64,000 nt of DNA, from positions 1 through 64,000 of the forward strand of contig JBHLQH010000016.1 in the NCBI GenBank assembly GCA_048884965.1. The letters run 5' to 3'. The position numbers were made by a program, and so were the translations under genes. This DNA is from Candidatus Thorarchaeota archaeon (lineage in GTDB: Archaea; Asgardarchaeota; Thorarchaeia; Thorarchaeales; Thorarchaeaceae). The notes under the pieces were generated by a model. The model was not told where the DNA came from. It saw only the letters and a program-made list of their open reading frames with translations, and made no database searches. This document shows positions 37,738 through 47,266 of this stretch, one piece after another (the stretch's first letter is position 1; each line of letters starts with the position of its first letter).

Positions 37738-38361
37738 ATGGGAGATCCAAGACGCCAGAAGAAGAAGTACGTGACCCCCAAGAGACCCTTCGATACCGAA
37801 AGGTTCGAACAGGAACTCGAAATGATTGGTTCATTTGGTCTGAGGAACAAGCGTGAGTTGTGGAAGCATAGGACGGAGCTGTCAAGATATCGAAGAACTG
37901 CAAGGAATCTCCTAGCACTACCAGCTAGCGAGCGTAAGCAGATGGAGAGCGAGCTTGTTAACAAACTGGCAAGAATTGGCATACTGAGAGCAGAGCCAGT
38001 TCTTGATAGCGTCCTTGACTTAACACTTGAGAACGTTCTTGACCGCCGCCTTCAGACGATCATCTTCAGAAAGGGATATGCTTGCTCTATGTATCATGCT
38101 CGTCAACTAGTTACTCACGGACATATCTCACTTGATGGTGTTCGTGTAAATACACCGGGCAGGATGATCACAGTAGAGGAGGAGGAACGGTTAGAGTACA
38201 GTAGACGATCACCCTTACAGGATGAATCGCACCCTGCACGAATTGCAGCTTCTGATATTGCAAGGCGTGTCGTTCCAGAACCTATGGATGATATTGACCG
38301 TGCAGAAAGAGAGCCACGTCCACATGATGGGGAAAATACTAGCTTTGGAGATGACGAGTAA
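37738..38361 (+). CDS. rps4: 30S ribosomal protein uS4
   Basis: [39 protein letters not shown]. Confidence 0.97.
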   Translation: MGDPRRQKKKYVTPKRPFDTERFEQELEMIGSFGLRNKRELWKHRTELSRYRRTARNLLALPASERKQMESELVNKLARIGILRAEPVLDSVLDLTLENVLDRRLQTIIFRKGYACSMYHARQLVTHGHISLDGVRVNTPGRMITVEEEERLEYSRRSPLQDESHPARIAASDIARRVVPEPMDDIDRAEREPRPHDGENTSFGDDE

Positions 38362-38756
38362 TGAGCGAAGAGAGAAACAAGTGGGGAATAGCCCATATTT
38401 ACGCTTCATACAACGACACGATCATTCATATTTCAGACATCACAGGCGCTGAAACAATCTCTCGTGTTTCAGGTGGTATGATGGTCAAAGCAGACCGTAA
38501 TGAGTCATCCCCCCATGCAGCCATGCAAGCAGCATTTCAGGCAGCCCGCGAAGCCAAGGATAAAGGCATCTATGGCATCCATATCCGAGTTCGAGCACCC
38601 GGAGGTCATGGTCCAAAGACTCCCGGACCTGGTGCACAAGCAGCAATCCGTGCGCTTAGCAGAGCAGGGCTGAGAATCGGTATAATTGATGAAGTCACTC
38701 CTATGCCCCACGATGGTACACGAAAGCCCGGTGGACGCAGAGGACGACGAGTATAA
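38361..38756 (+). CDS. rps11: 30S ribosomal protein uS11
   Basis: [40 protein letters not shown]. Confidence 0.97.
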   Translation: MSEERNKWGIAHIYASYNDTIIHISDITGAETISRVSGGMMVKADRNESSPHAAMQAAFQAAREAKDKGIYGIHIRVRAPGGHGPKTPGPGAQAAIRALSRAGLRIGIIDEVTPMPHDGTRKPGGRRGRRV

Positions 38757-38779
38757 TCAACTCAGTTTTTTGCATAACC

Positions 38780-40117
38780 CTAATCCCATGGGTTGTGCCA
38801 CATTTCTATCAGCTCAGATGAGAAACGGTTCGCCTTACCAATTCGAGCGTGAGGACGTGTCAGATGTCTTTGCGCTCGAGGTTGGGGTAAGTAATATCCC
38901 AATTGCAAATCTCGCGGTATCAACTGCGACTCTTTCACCAGTTCTTTCTCGATATGTCCACAGTGAGGACATTTGAATCCCTTATCCTTCCCGGCACTCT
39001 TCATTCGTTTCCCGCACTGATGGCACATTGGATTTGAGTATTCTATATGATCTATCAAGTATGTGATTTCCATTCCCTCAACGTTGAGAGTCATGTCATG
39101 GGAGGAGGAAGAGGGTCGCACACCCACATGAAGAGACAGTCTATCGCCTACTCTCAATTTCATCACATCCCAACGAAAAATTCCTGTAGGCTCGTAGGCG
39201 GCACATTGAATCGAATCATTAGAATCTGCTACTTTGAATAGAACATGTCCTCCAGATACGATTCGCGGGGTTGAAACAACCTGTCCTGACACGCTTGCAG
39301 ACATGTAGGGTCTGAGCTCGGATAGAGAGAGATGCTGGGAAAGGTGCTCTCCTGTCCCTTGATTCGTTCTGAAGATTAGCCATCGATCGACTGCTTGTGA
39401 AGTTGATATATACGAAGCCGCTTCCAAAACATCCTGTGGTTGCTCACCTCGTATCCCATATAGAACAGGATCAGGACCCTGAGGTTCAATCAAGATGGAC
39501 CCATCGATGGGATCGAGATTGGAGAAGGTGCGAGGACCCATCAGTTCATTCATTTTCTCCACGGAAGATGTGTCTACTCCTCGCGCATTCTGTGTTTCGC
39601 TCATCTTTCGATAGGCAAGGTACTCGTATGTATGGTCACCAATCAAACCATGACCGACAGCAGCAAGGGCACCAACAATTCCTTGTCCATTGCCAAAGGA
39701 GAAATGAGCAAGATGATTATCTTCTATAATTCTCAATGCCAGAGATCTAGGTACTGTGCGCCAAAGCGCTTTTCGTGAGAAGGCGTTGACTGAGGGAGGC
39801 ACATCCCCAGTTAGAATAGCAACACCAGGATTTGTATTTGGATAGCTAATATCGGAGTACTCCTGAATCATGTTAGATAGCAAGGAAATGACGCCATCAA
39901 TCTCCTGGGAATCGATGGTGGCTGAAAGACAGACTCCTCCATTCCCCCGAGTCCTATAGGGGATATTTGGGTTTAACCTAATCAGGTGCGGATAGTCCCT
40001 CCATGCTTCAACTATAGGGTCTAATCTTTCAATAAGCAATGAAGCGAAATGCGTCGTGCATCCGCCATTTGGACTATCGATGTCATCCATCCCCAAATAG
40101 ATCGATTCCAAAACCAT
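38780..40117 (-). CDS. tiaS: tRNA(Ile2) 2-agmatinylcytidine synthetase
   Basis: GMDDIDSPNGGCTT, LIRLNPNIPYRTRGNG, DPVLYGIRG, TNQGT, AAYEPT, Zn ribbon, RHLTRP. Confidence 0.95.
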   Translation of the reverse strand: MVLESIYLGMDDIDSPNGGCTTHFASLLIERLDPIVEAWRDYPHLIRLNPNIPYRTRGNGGVCLSATIDSQEIDGVISLLSNMIQEYSDISYPNTNPGVAILTGDVPPSVNAFSRKALWRTVPRSLALRIIEDNHLAHFSFGNGQGIVGALAAVGHGLIGDHTYEYLAYRKMSETQNARGVDTSSVEKMNELMGPRTFSNLDPIDGSILIEPQGPDPVLYGIRGEQPQDVLEAASYISTSQAVDRWLIFRTNQGTGEHLSQHLSLSELRPYMSASVSGQVVSTPRIVSGGHVLFKVADSNDSIQCAAYEPTGIFRWDVMKLRVGDRLSLHVGVRPSSSSHDMTLNVEGMEITYLIDHIEYSNPMCHQCGKRMKSAGKDKGFKCPHCGHIEKELVKESQLIPRDLQLGYYLPQPRAQRHLTRPHARIGKANRFSSELIEMWHNPWD

Positions 40118-40119
40118 AG

Positions 40120-40386
40120 TTATTTCGCCTTACACTCTTTGCATGTAGTCACTTCATTCAAGCGGAAGCCGCAATCGCTGCACACCAGTTTCCCACATAT
40201 GTTACAGGCTCTCGACGACAGATACTCACCGCATATGGTACATTTCGCCTCAGTACAAACATCACATAGTCCCGTAGAAGGGGACATACATAATGAACAT
40301 ACCATCGAATTGCAGAGCATGCATCTGGAGAGTGGCTCCTTTTGTGCATCACAGATCTCGCATGCTTCAGATGTTTCTAGTACCAT
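40120..40386 (-). CDS. Small protein with eight CxxC motifs (tandem zinc fingers)
   Basis: 88 aa from MVLETS; CEIC, CMLC, CSLC, CDVC, CTIC, CNIC, CSDC, CKEC; stop lies 2 nt before the tiaS start. Confidence 0.75.
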   Translation of the reverse strand: MVLETSEACEICDAQKEPLSRCMLCNSMVCSLCMSPSTGLCDVCTEAKCTICGEYLSSRACNICGKLVCSDCGFRLNEVTTCKECKAK

Positions 40387-40453
40387 TTCTCTCATCAGGT
40401 ATAGCAGACCCATGGTAACACACAAATCTGTTGTGTATGAACCATATTCAGAC

Positions 40454-40993
40454 ATGCAAGACGAAGGAAAATTACCACGAATCATAATCTATCATGCCAG
40501 GCAATGTGATCCAAGCAAATGTACAGGAGTCAGACTTGGAAAACTTCACAAGGCAAAGATAGTACATGATATGAGAAAATTATCGAGGGGTTCGATTGTA
40601 CTCAATCCTGTATCCCAAATTGCATTGTCTCCAAGTGATAGGAATAGTATCATGCAATCAGGTATAGTCGCATTGGATTGCTCATGGAAAAGGGCGGAGG
40701 AGATCTTCATGATGTCCTCCTATGGTGAGCAACGGGCTTTACCTTATCTCATCGCCGCCAATCCAATCAATACCTACAAGCCAATCAAGCTTTCTACAGC
40801 AGAAGCCATTTCAGCAGCTTTGTATATTACCGGATTCCAACTTGCTGCTGAGGACGTGATGTCCGCATTCAAGTGGGGGCCCTCGTTTCTAACGCTTAAC
40901 AAAGAATGGCTTGACGATTACGCACAATGTTCGAATAGTACAGAAGTAGTCAAAGTGCAGACAGAGATTATGAGCGAACATACCAAATCCTAG
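40454..40993 (+). CDS. tsr3: SSU rRNA aminocarboxypropyltransferase Tsr3
   Basis: QCDPSKCTG, LSPSD, ALDCSW, RALPYLIAANPIN, LSTAEA, FKWG..FL.LN; real start MQDEGK (the upstream part of the track ORF is the shadow of the Zn-finger gene). Confidence 0.94.
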   Translation: MQDEGKLPRIIIYHARQCDPSKCTGVRLGKLHKAKIVHDMRKLSRGSIVLNPVSQIALSPSDRNSIMQSGIVALDCSWKRAEEIFMMSSYGEQRALPYLIAANPINTYKPIKLSTAEAISAALYITGFQLAAEDVMSAFKWGPSFLTLNKEWLDDYAQCSNSTEVVKVQTEIMSEHTKS

Positions 40994-41002
40994 AACAAAG
41001 GA

Positions 41003-41349
41003 TAGGCTCCGGTCCAAGAATAACCCCAATTCTGTTTCATTCCTGACGTTACCGTGCAGGAACTACGCAACATCGAACTATGCTCTCTACCCTATGCCTC
41101 AGGTCGACGCATCAGCGGCATATTCTTGAGATTGCTACCTAGTGATGGGTCGTTTCATCCTGGCCTAATGGATCCTCAGCGTCTTGATGTGCCGCGTCAT
41201 TGTCACATCCAATCAGGAGGTGTCGTTTCTGTTCCCAGAGCGTGATTCTCACCACCCTGCTTTCACAGGACCAGTGTCGACTTGTAGTTGGGAGTTTCCT
41301 CAGCTGTCACAATGGACTACCGTCAGTCGCGCCCTTGCTCCGGAGCCTA
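41003..41349 (-). ncRNA. rnpB: RNase P RNA
   Basis: The minus strand shows GAGGAAACUCC, ACAGAAAC, GAUGAAAC and ACAGAAUUGGGGUUA in the expected order. A perfect 10-bp terminal helix TAGGCTCCGG (41003-41012) / CCGGAGCCTA (41340-41349) closes it; a TTTTTAT box lies about 25 nt upstream. Confidence 0.92.
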
Positions 41350-41390
41350 CCTAATAAGTTCAGGATTCTGATAAAAACCTTCAGAGTGTG

Positions 41391-42395
41391 CTATCTCTCC
41401 TTAGATTTCCACATGGAGGGATATCTACCTCGTTCCATGAGGACTCTCTCGGTTTCAGCTACGATTCCAGTTTTTGCCTTTGATATACTGTCGCTGTCAA
41501 GCATGCTTTTCATTAAGGCCACTGCCTCACCCTTGAGGGACTTCAAGGCGATAAGGTCCCCTTTCTTTATGCCACTATGAAGATGAACCACTCCGCTTGC
41601 AGCGAGATTGGCTCCATGGCAGATAGCACCTACTGCACTATCCCGTATCACGATTTCAGGCAGATGTTCAAGAGCTGACTCAATTGGCAGGATGAACTTG
41701 CGTAGCTCGGTCTCATCTCCATCTGTTTTCCAAAACTCGTATGCATCCTTCAAATCGTAAAGAGTACAAAGATGCTCATCTTCTTTGAATTTTCCAACTC
41801 GAGTTCGTCTTAATTCTCGCATGTGTCCTCCTACACCCAGGACTTCTCCTAAATCGAAGCAGAGCTTGCGGATATAGGTTCCTGCCTGGCAACCAACTCT
41901 GAAGAGGACAAGTCGGCCCTTGATCTCAATAATCTCGTTGTAGTAGATCTCTCTTACACGAAGGACTCTCTTAACGGATGATCGCAAAGGAGGCTTTTGG
42001 TACAATTTGCCAGTGAACTCGGCCACGATCCGCCTAATTTCATCCTCAGGTGCAAGGTCATGCAATTCCATAACACAGACATACTCCTTTCCTGCTGGAA
42101 GCAGAGCCTGCATGACTTTCGTTCCTTCACCTATTCCAAGGGGCAAAATACCTGTCACAGCGGGATCTAAGGTCCCTGAGTGCCCGGCTCGATCGGAATT
42201 CACAATCTTTCGTACCCAGGTTGCCACCTCATGGCTAGTTGGACCTGCGGGCTTATCTAGGATGATAACGCCATTCTGGAGTAGAAACTCTATTGGGAGA
42301 TTTGTAATATCGGAAAAACCATAACTAGGATCAGTAGATTCCTCTGTCCTAATGATGGATTCCCGGGGTCTATCAGCAGGTAATGCGTTCGTCAT
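41391..42395 (-). CDS. cbf5: H/ACA RNA-guided pseudouridine synthase Cbf5
   Basis: LDKPAGPTSHEV, GHSGTLDP, KEYVC, GTYIRKLC, ELRRTR, PUA domain, YPSMWK. Confidence 0.96.
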   Translation of the reverse strand: MTNALPADRPRESIIRTEESTDPSYGFSDITNLPIEFLLQNGVIILDKPAGPTSHEVATWVRKIVNSDRAGHSGTLDPAVTGILPLGIGEGTKVMQALLPAGKEYVCVMELHDLAPEDEIRRIVAEFTGKLYQKPPLRSSVKRVLRVREIYYNEIIEIKGRLVLFRVGCQAGTYIRKLCFDLGEVLGVGGHMRELRRTRVGKFKEDEHLCTLYDLKDAYEFWKTDGDETELRKFILPIESALEHLPEIVIRDSAVGAICHGANLAASGVVHLHSGIKKGDLIALKSLKGEAVALMKSMLDSDSISKAKTGIVAETERVLMERGRYPSMWKSKER

Positions 42396-42432
42396 TGTTG
42401 AACACCGCTTATTCACGACCCCGGTAAAAGAA

Positions 42433-42717
42433 CTATTCGCTAATGCGAATCTTTGTCCTAAATTTATCTAATAGACCCGCAGATTCCAGTGCTTTTTCAA
42501 TATCCTTATCGTCAGCACCGGATTTGATCTCTATTATGGTATCAAGGGGTTCCAAGTGTCTAATGTTGCAGCTCCTACGTCTGATGCCGCTAATATGCTT
42601 GGGCCCGGTGATTAGAACCATATTCTCATCTTTAGCTTCGACAATGACGCAATAGCTTCCAACCTCTCGTCCCATCGTCTTTACACAAATTCTGCCTGTT
42701 TCGTATAGTTTTGCCAT
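42433..42717 (-). CDS. rpl14e: 50S ribosomal protein eL14
   Basis: GRICVKTMGREVG, VLITGPK..SGIRRR.CNIRHLEP. Confidence 0.95.
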   Translation of the reverse strand: MAKLYETGRICVKTMGREVGSYCVIVEAKDENMVLITGPKHISGIRRRSCNIRHLEPLDTIIEIKSGADDKDIEKALESAGLLDKFRTKIRISE

Positions 42718-42848
42718 TCTTATTACACCTCAACCCATTCTAGGTCAAACGAACGTTCCAAGTCACCAAGGACATTCATTCCAATAGAAGGGGAGAATTG
42801 ACTCCACCACCAAAAGGTCTCAATAAGAGCCTTGTGATTCGACATTCA

Positions 42849-43391
42849 TCAAGATTTGCTTTCGAATAGTCTTCTGATGGCTGTCGAAATAATCTCTGTA
42901 ACCCCGTCCAAATCGTATTTTTCTGTATTTATGACTAGATCATATAGAGATAGATTCTGGACATCAAATCCATAGAACTCAATATATCGTGCACGTTCGA
43001 TACGCTCACGTGTTTCTGTTTCGTGTAAAGCATCCTCATAGCTGACACCATCTCTTGATGCGATGCGCTTCACTCTCGTTCGTAGTGGGGCTGTCAATAG
43101 GATCTTAAGGTCAACGTGTTCGCTTGCCATATGAGCTGCTAGTTGACCATCTAGCATCACATTTCCTTTCTCAGCTTCAGCCTTAATTCTTCCATCTAGC
43201 TCGCGATCGATACTCTCATCATCCTCAGCGATTCTGCTGAACTCTTCAAGAGAAATTCCGCGTTCATTTGCTAGCTGTCTGAATATACCACCAGCAGAAA
43301 CACGCCTTAGGCCAAAGATATTGGATATGTTATCAGCCGCGGAGCTTTTTCCTGTACCATGAAGGCCTCCAATGGTGATAACACGCTTCAT
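42849..43391 (-). CDS. cmk: Cytidylate kinase (archaeal type)
   Basis: ITIGGLHGTGKS, SAGGIFRQLA, IDRELD, YDLVINT; conserved position between eL34 and eL14; start MKRVIT. Confidence 0.93.
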   Translation of the reverse strand: MKRVITIGGLHGTGKSSAADNISNIFGLRRVSAGGIFRQLANERGISLEEFSRIAEDDESIDRELDGRIKAEAEKGNVMLDGQLAAHMASEHVDLKILLTAPLRTRVKRIASRDGVSYEDALHETETRERIERARYIEFYGFDVQNLSLYDLVINTEKYDLDGVTEIISTAIRRLFESKS

Positions 43392-43395
43392 TGTC

Positions 43396-43662
43396 TTATT
43401 CCCGTACTTCTCTAGTAATCTCACGGCGAAGTGCCTTGGAGGATACCATACCACCATATGGACGGTTTGGTCTCTTACTCGACTTGCTTGTGTTTCGACT
43501 TTGTTGAGCTTTGGACTTTTGCGGAAGCTGTAAATCTTTTCCACTAATTGAGCAGATTCCACCAGCTTTGTAGTATTTTCGGCGATGAACTTTGATACGA
43601 CCGCCAGGGGTCTTAATCCTACGATTTGCTCTACCCCTTGTAAGCATTCCAGGTCTGGGCAT
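43396..43662 (-). CDS. rpl34e: 50S ribosomal protein eL34
   Basis: KTPGGRI.VH, SKSSKRPNRPYGG. Confidence 0.93.
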   Translation of the reverse strand: MPRPGMLTRGRANRRIKTPGGRIKVHRRKYYKAGGICSISGKDLQLPQKSKAQQSRNTSKSSKRPNRPYGGMVSSKALRREITREVRE

Positions 43663-43762
43663 TTACTATCACCATTTATCTTCGGCTTATTCTCCGACGC
43701 GTGGTTCTCTCCTTAAAAAAGCAGCGATGCGCCAATACCTAAATTGAGCTGATGAAGACACT

Positions 43763-44020
43763 TTATCTCAACACGAAGTCGGGAGGGTGCATGACGAAAT
43801 ATACGACAATGACAGACAGAATGATTCCACCAAGAATCAACTTCTGTCCAGTGAGTTTCCCAACCTTTACGCCCACAAACATAAGTATTGCTCCTATCAA
43901 GATGACAAGAATACCGGATGACGCGGCGATAAAGAGAAGAGAATCCCAAATTTCTCGAAGGTATTGCAGAATCAAGTCAGTAAAGTCAGTAAGAGGACTT
44001 TGCATTAGTTGCGGGTTCAT
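43763..44020 (-). CDS. Small two-TM membrane protein
   Basis: Two hydrophobic helices joined by GKLTGQK; co-oriented with the operon. Confidence 0.6.
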   Translation of the reverse strand: MNPQLMQSPLTDFTDLILQYLREIWDSLLFIAASSGILVILIGAILMFVGVKVGKLTGQKLILGGIILSVIVVYFVMHPPDFVLR

Positions 44021-44111
44021 AGTAATTCAGAAGGGTGTGAAGGATAATGCGATATAATGCAATTCTGCAAGTAGAATAGAGATTGTGAAGGTAAAGCTGT
44101 ACATATCTATC

Positions 44112-44141
44112 AAAAAGAAGGTGTGACCGCTAAGGGTCACA
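44112..44141 (-). terminator. Hairpin plus U-tract after the EMC3/TMCO1-like gene
   Basis: TGTGACC (44122-44128) / GGTCACA (44135-44141), followed on the minus strand by CTTCTTTTT. Confidence 0.5.
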
Positions 44142-44148
44142 TCGTCTT

Positions 44149-44700
44149 CTACATGAGCTGCGTACCCATGATTCTTTGCAGGATTCCACTAAGTCCTAGT
44201 CCAACAAGGAAATAGAAACCCCAAAATGTCATACCAAACCCGACACCAACAGGTGTGCCGATCATCCCCTCAAGGAACGGCAGGAGCTTGTGGACATTGA
44301 ATGGAAGAACGGCTACAATCTTGTCCATTCCTGTTACTGGATCATTGTAGAAACTTCGTAGGAAGGAGAAAACAAGAAGGAAAGGTATCATGAACATGAG
44401 TGATGGCTTGCACCGTTCGGTCATCATCTCTCTCTGGATGCGGTCTATGTATGCCTTTTGTCTCTTGACCTTTTTTAGCAACTTCGCGTTCTGCGTCCGT
44501 TCTGCTTCTTTCTGCATCTCCTGATGTTGTTTGATTGCTACCTGATAGCGTTTGAGACGCCTCATATCAGCGAATCTGCGCATACCCAGATTACTTATCG
44601 TGGATACGGATACTGACACGAATACGATTAGGATAGGCGCAAACGGAGGGTCAGCGAATATCTGAAAATAGTTCATCAAATCAGCTAAAAGGTCTTGCAT
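44149..44700 (-). CDS. DUF106 / EMC3-TMCO1 (Oxa1-superfamily) membrane protein
   Basis: TM1, cytosolic coiled coil, KPSLMFMIPFLLVF, FWGFYFL; conserved position between adk and eL34. Confidence 0.88.
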   Translation of the reverse strand: MQDLLADLMNYFQIFADPPFAPILIVFVSVSVSTISNLGMRRFADMRRLKRYQVAIKQHQEMQKEAERTQNAKLLKKVKRQKAYIDRIQREMMTERCKPSLMFMIPFLLVFSFLRSFYNDPVTGMDKIVAVLPFNVHKLLPFLEGMIGTPVGVGFGMTFWGFYFLVGLGLSGILQRIMGTQLM

Positions 44701-44707
44701 AAGGTAT

Positions 44708-45298
44708 CTACTCCATTAATGTTTCTGCTAATTCTTTTGCAGCAGCCTCTACCATACCCTGACGGTTCTTGATGATTCTTACGGTTGCACCAGTTATGGT
44801 ACCAACAGATACCGCAGCTGCTCTGCACATCTGCTGATGTGTTTCAATGATATCCACCATTTGTGCATCACGTGCCCGAGTAGGATCATCTTGCCTTCGG
44901 AGGGCAATCTTCTCGGAATCAGCCTCGACAAGAACGACAGTCTTTGGCATGATTGCTCTCACTACCCATTCTGGCAATCCAATGAGATAGCCATTGTTCG
45001 TCTGAATCAGTGTATGGGTGTCAACTATCACTCGAGCCTTCTTCGACTTCTCAGCAATTGCTTCTCCAGCGAGTCGTTGGTGCTCTCGTTGAATCGCAGT
45101 AGGTAGCTTTCGCATTTCATCACGATCCTTGACATGGCCATTCTTTGTCGCTACTTCAAACATCTCTGTACCAAAGTTGAGTACCAAGACCTCTTCATTA
45201 TGGTTCTCTTTGACCATATCTACAGCGGTATTGATCACGGTGGTCTTTCCCACACCAGGAATGCCAGTGACGATAACTACGTTTCTAGATTCGCTCAT
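44708..45298 (-). CDS. adkA: Adenylate kinase (archaeal type)
   Basis: VTGIPGVGKTT, NFGTEM, DRDEMRKL, VDTH, GYLIGLP, DPTRARD; start MSESRN. Confidence 0.95.
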   Translation of the reverse strand: MSESRNVVIVTGIPGVGKTTVINTAVDMVKENHNEEVLVLNFGTEMFEVATKNGHVKDRDEMRKLPTAIQREHQRLAGEAIAEKSKKARVIVDTHTLIQTNNGYLIGLPEWVVRAIMPKTVVLVEADSEKIALRRQDDPTRARDAQMVDIIETHQQMCRAAAVSVGTITGATVRIIKNRQGMVEAAAKELAETLME

Positions 45299-45448
45299 TG
45301 GATGAATCACCTTTTGTCTAGACGGTTCGAAAGTCATCAAGGTGGCGTTATATACGTTCTGTAGACCTAAATATTGGAGAATGGAAAATATGCAATGGCT
45401 GCATTGTGTGGTAGGGCGTAATGATTAGAAAAAAGTAACATTCTATGG

Positions 45449-45907
45449 TCAAGAATCAAAATCCAAGTATTCAAGCAAATCAGAGAGTTTTGCATCAAAC
45501 CCTGATTGAAGATTTGGAATACCATGTCGCAGGTCCCACCAATACAAATCAAAGATGATGTGTTCGGGTGTGTTTTCAGTTCTAATCGACGGTTTTACCT
45601 CTTCATGATTCCACTTCTCCGGAGGAGTTCCATCGCATACAATATGATAGAATTTTCGTCTATGAATCTCATCAATACCATAAATAGACACATCGAAAAT
45701 GGCTTCACCCAAATATCGGACATACCTTAGGGCTTCCAATCCGGTTTCTTCGATTGCCTCTCTAAGAGCTGCATCCTGAGGAGTTTCTTCAGGCTCTGGT
45801 GTGCCTCCAGGGATTTGAATACCTCCTTCAGGAAATCCTCGTTCTTCAAAGACAAGCAAACGAGTTCCATGAGTGATATACGCGTAGATTTTCACACGTT
45901 CATTCAT
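45449..45907 (-). CDS. NUDIX hydrolase
   Basis: Nudix box PGGTPEPEETPQDAALREAIEETGL. Confidence 0.92.
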   Translation of the reverse strand: MNERVKIYAYITHGTRLLVFEERGFPEGGIQIPGGTPEPEETPQDAALREAIEETGLEALRYVRYLGEAIFDVSIYGIDEIHRRKFYHIVCDGTPPEKWNHEEVKPSIRTENTPEHIIFDLYWWDLRHGIPNLQSGFDAKLSDLLEYLDFDS

Positions 45908-45936
45908 AATGGAAAATAAACGGCAGTGTTTCTTGT

Positions 45937-46125
45937 TTATAGCTTACGGCTCTCAAAATAAATTCCTGCAAGGTTGAGAACAACTGACATTCCCGCAAAG
46001 ACTCCAACTAGGAAATCAGTGATAGGATCAGGCGGAAAGAAATGGCTGACGAGTATCGATATGGCAACAAAGAGCAATCCTAATGGTAGGAAGTATTTTG
46101 GATTTCTGATTATCATTGGAATCAT
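45937..46125 (-). CDS. Small two-TM membrane protein
   Basis: 62 aa, two hydrophobic helices, DFLVG motif. Confidence 0.55.
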   Translation of the reverse strand: MIPMIIRNPKYFLPLGLLFVAISILVSHFFPPDPITDFLVGVFAGMSVVLNLAGIYFESRKL

Positions 46126-46300
46126 GTAGAATTACAAGTCACAGAAATATAATGCAAAGGATAACAGCAATGAGATGTACAGAGATGACGATTGTATTGC
46201 TAAGAATCGTGTTGAATATTCTCATTTAGTGCATTTCATGGTATTTATTACCGAATATGCGAGTGTGTTCCTTTACCAATCTTGAGATGGAGAGAGAAAT

Positions 46301-47266
46301 ATGTCTTCTGAAGCATATATTATCCAGACGGAGGGCTTGGGAAAAGCGTATGGTGAAGTCAAAGCGTTGCATGGACTTGACCTGAAGGTTCCCAAGAATT
46401 CGATTTTCGCGTTCCTTGGACCCAATGGGGCTGGTAAGACGACGACAATCAAACTACTTCTAGGTCTCGCGAAACCCAGTTTTGGAGGAGCGACGGTCCT
46501 TGGAAAAAATATTGTGACTGACAATAACGAAATTAGAAGGAATGTGGGCTATCTGGCGCAGCAACCCAGGTTCTACAAAGAACTGTCAGCTCGAGAAACC
46601 CTTCGATTTGCAGCAAGTTTCTTCTTTAAAGGACCGAGGAACTTGATAGAGGAACGAATCGAGCATCTGATAGGCATCGTAGGACTTGAAGATAAGGCGG
46701 ATCGTCCAATAGAGGGTTTCTCTGGAGGCGAAATGCAACGCCTTGGTATAGCTCAAGCGCAAATCAACTTCCCAGAATTGCTTATCCTGGATGAACCAGC
46801 GGCAGGACTGGACCCGGAGGGCAGAGAACAGGTCCTTAAAATCATGGAGTCGCTTAGGTCAGAAGCTACCATCTTCTATAGCACACATATCCTTGATGAT
46901 GTTCAGCGAGTGAGTGATAGAGTCGCTATTTTGAACAAAGGCAATCTGATTGCACAAGCACCAATTGAGGAACTTCTCGCAGGAACTGAAGGTGTTGCCT
47001 ACACACTTACTCTGGAGGGGAACACAGAGAAGGTCTACTCGACGCTCTCTTCTGAGCAATGGATATCATCGATTACGGAGAGAAAGGAAAAGGGGCGTAC
47101 TCATTGGATTGTCAATGTTACAGACCAAAGTGTAGCAAAGAAACAGCTTCTACGCACGGTGCTTAGATATGATGATATTGATGTGGTGGACTTTGGCTTG
47201 AAGCAGTACGAGCTTGAGGAGATTTTCATGAAGTTAGTTGAGGAGGACGGTAACAATGTCGAGTAA
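46301..47266 (+). CDS. ABC transporter ATP-binding protein (ABC-2 exporter type)
   Basis: GPNGAGKTT, FSGGEMQR, ILDEP.AGLDP, STH, LEEIF. Confidence 0.95.
   Translation: MSSEAYIIQTEGLGKAYGEVKALHGLDLKVPKNSIFAFLGPNGAGKTTTIKLLLGLAKPSFGGATVLGKNIVTDNNEIRRNVGYLAQQPRFYKELSARETLRFAASFFFKGPRNLIEERIEHLIGIVGLEDKADRPIEGFSGGEMQRLGIAQAQINFPELLILDEPAAGLDPEGREQVLKIMESLRSEATIFYSTHILDDVQRVSDRVAILNKGNLIAQAPIEELLAGTEGVAYTLTLEGNTEKVYSTLSSEQWISSITERKEKGRTHWIVNVTDQSVAKKQLLRTVLRYDDIDVVDFGLKQYELEEIFMKLVEEDGNNVE

Noticed and set aside
40049-40453. Long N-terminal extension on Tsr3
   Set aside because: It is antisense to the Zn-finger gene and the tiaS start; Tsr3 similarity begins at the ATG at 40454.
41054-41580. Plus-strand ORFs of 63 and 126 aa
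   Set aside because: They are shadows of the RNase P RNA and cbf5 on the minus strand.
43392-43562. N-terminal extension on Cmk
   Set aside because: It overlaps eL34 in another frame; the kinase starts at MKRVIT.
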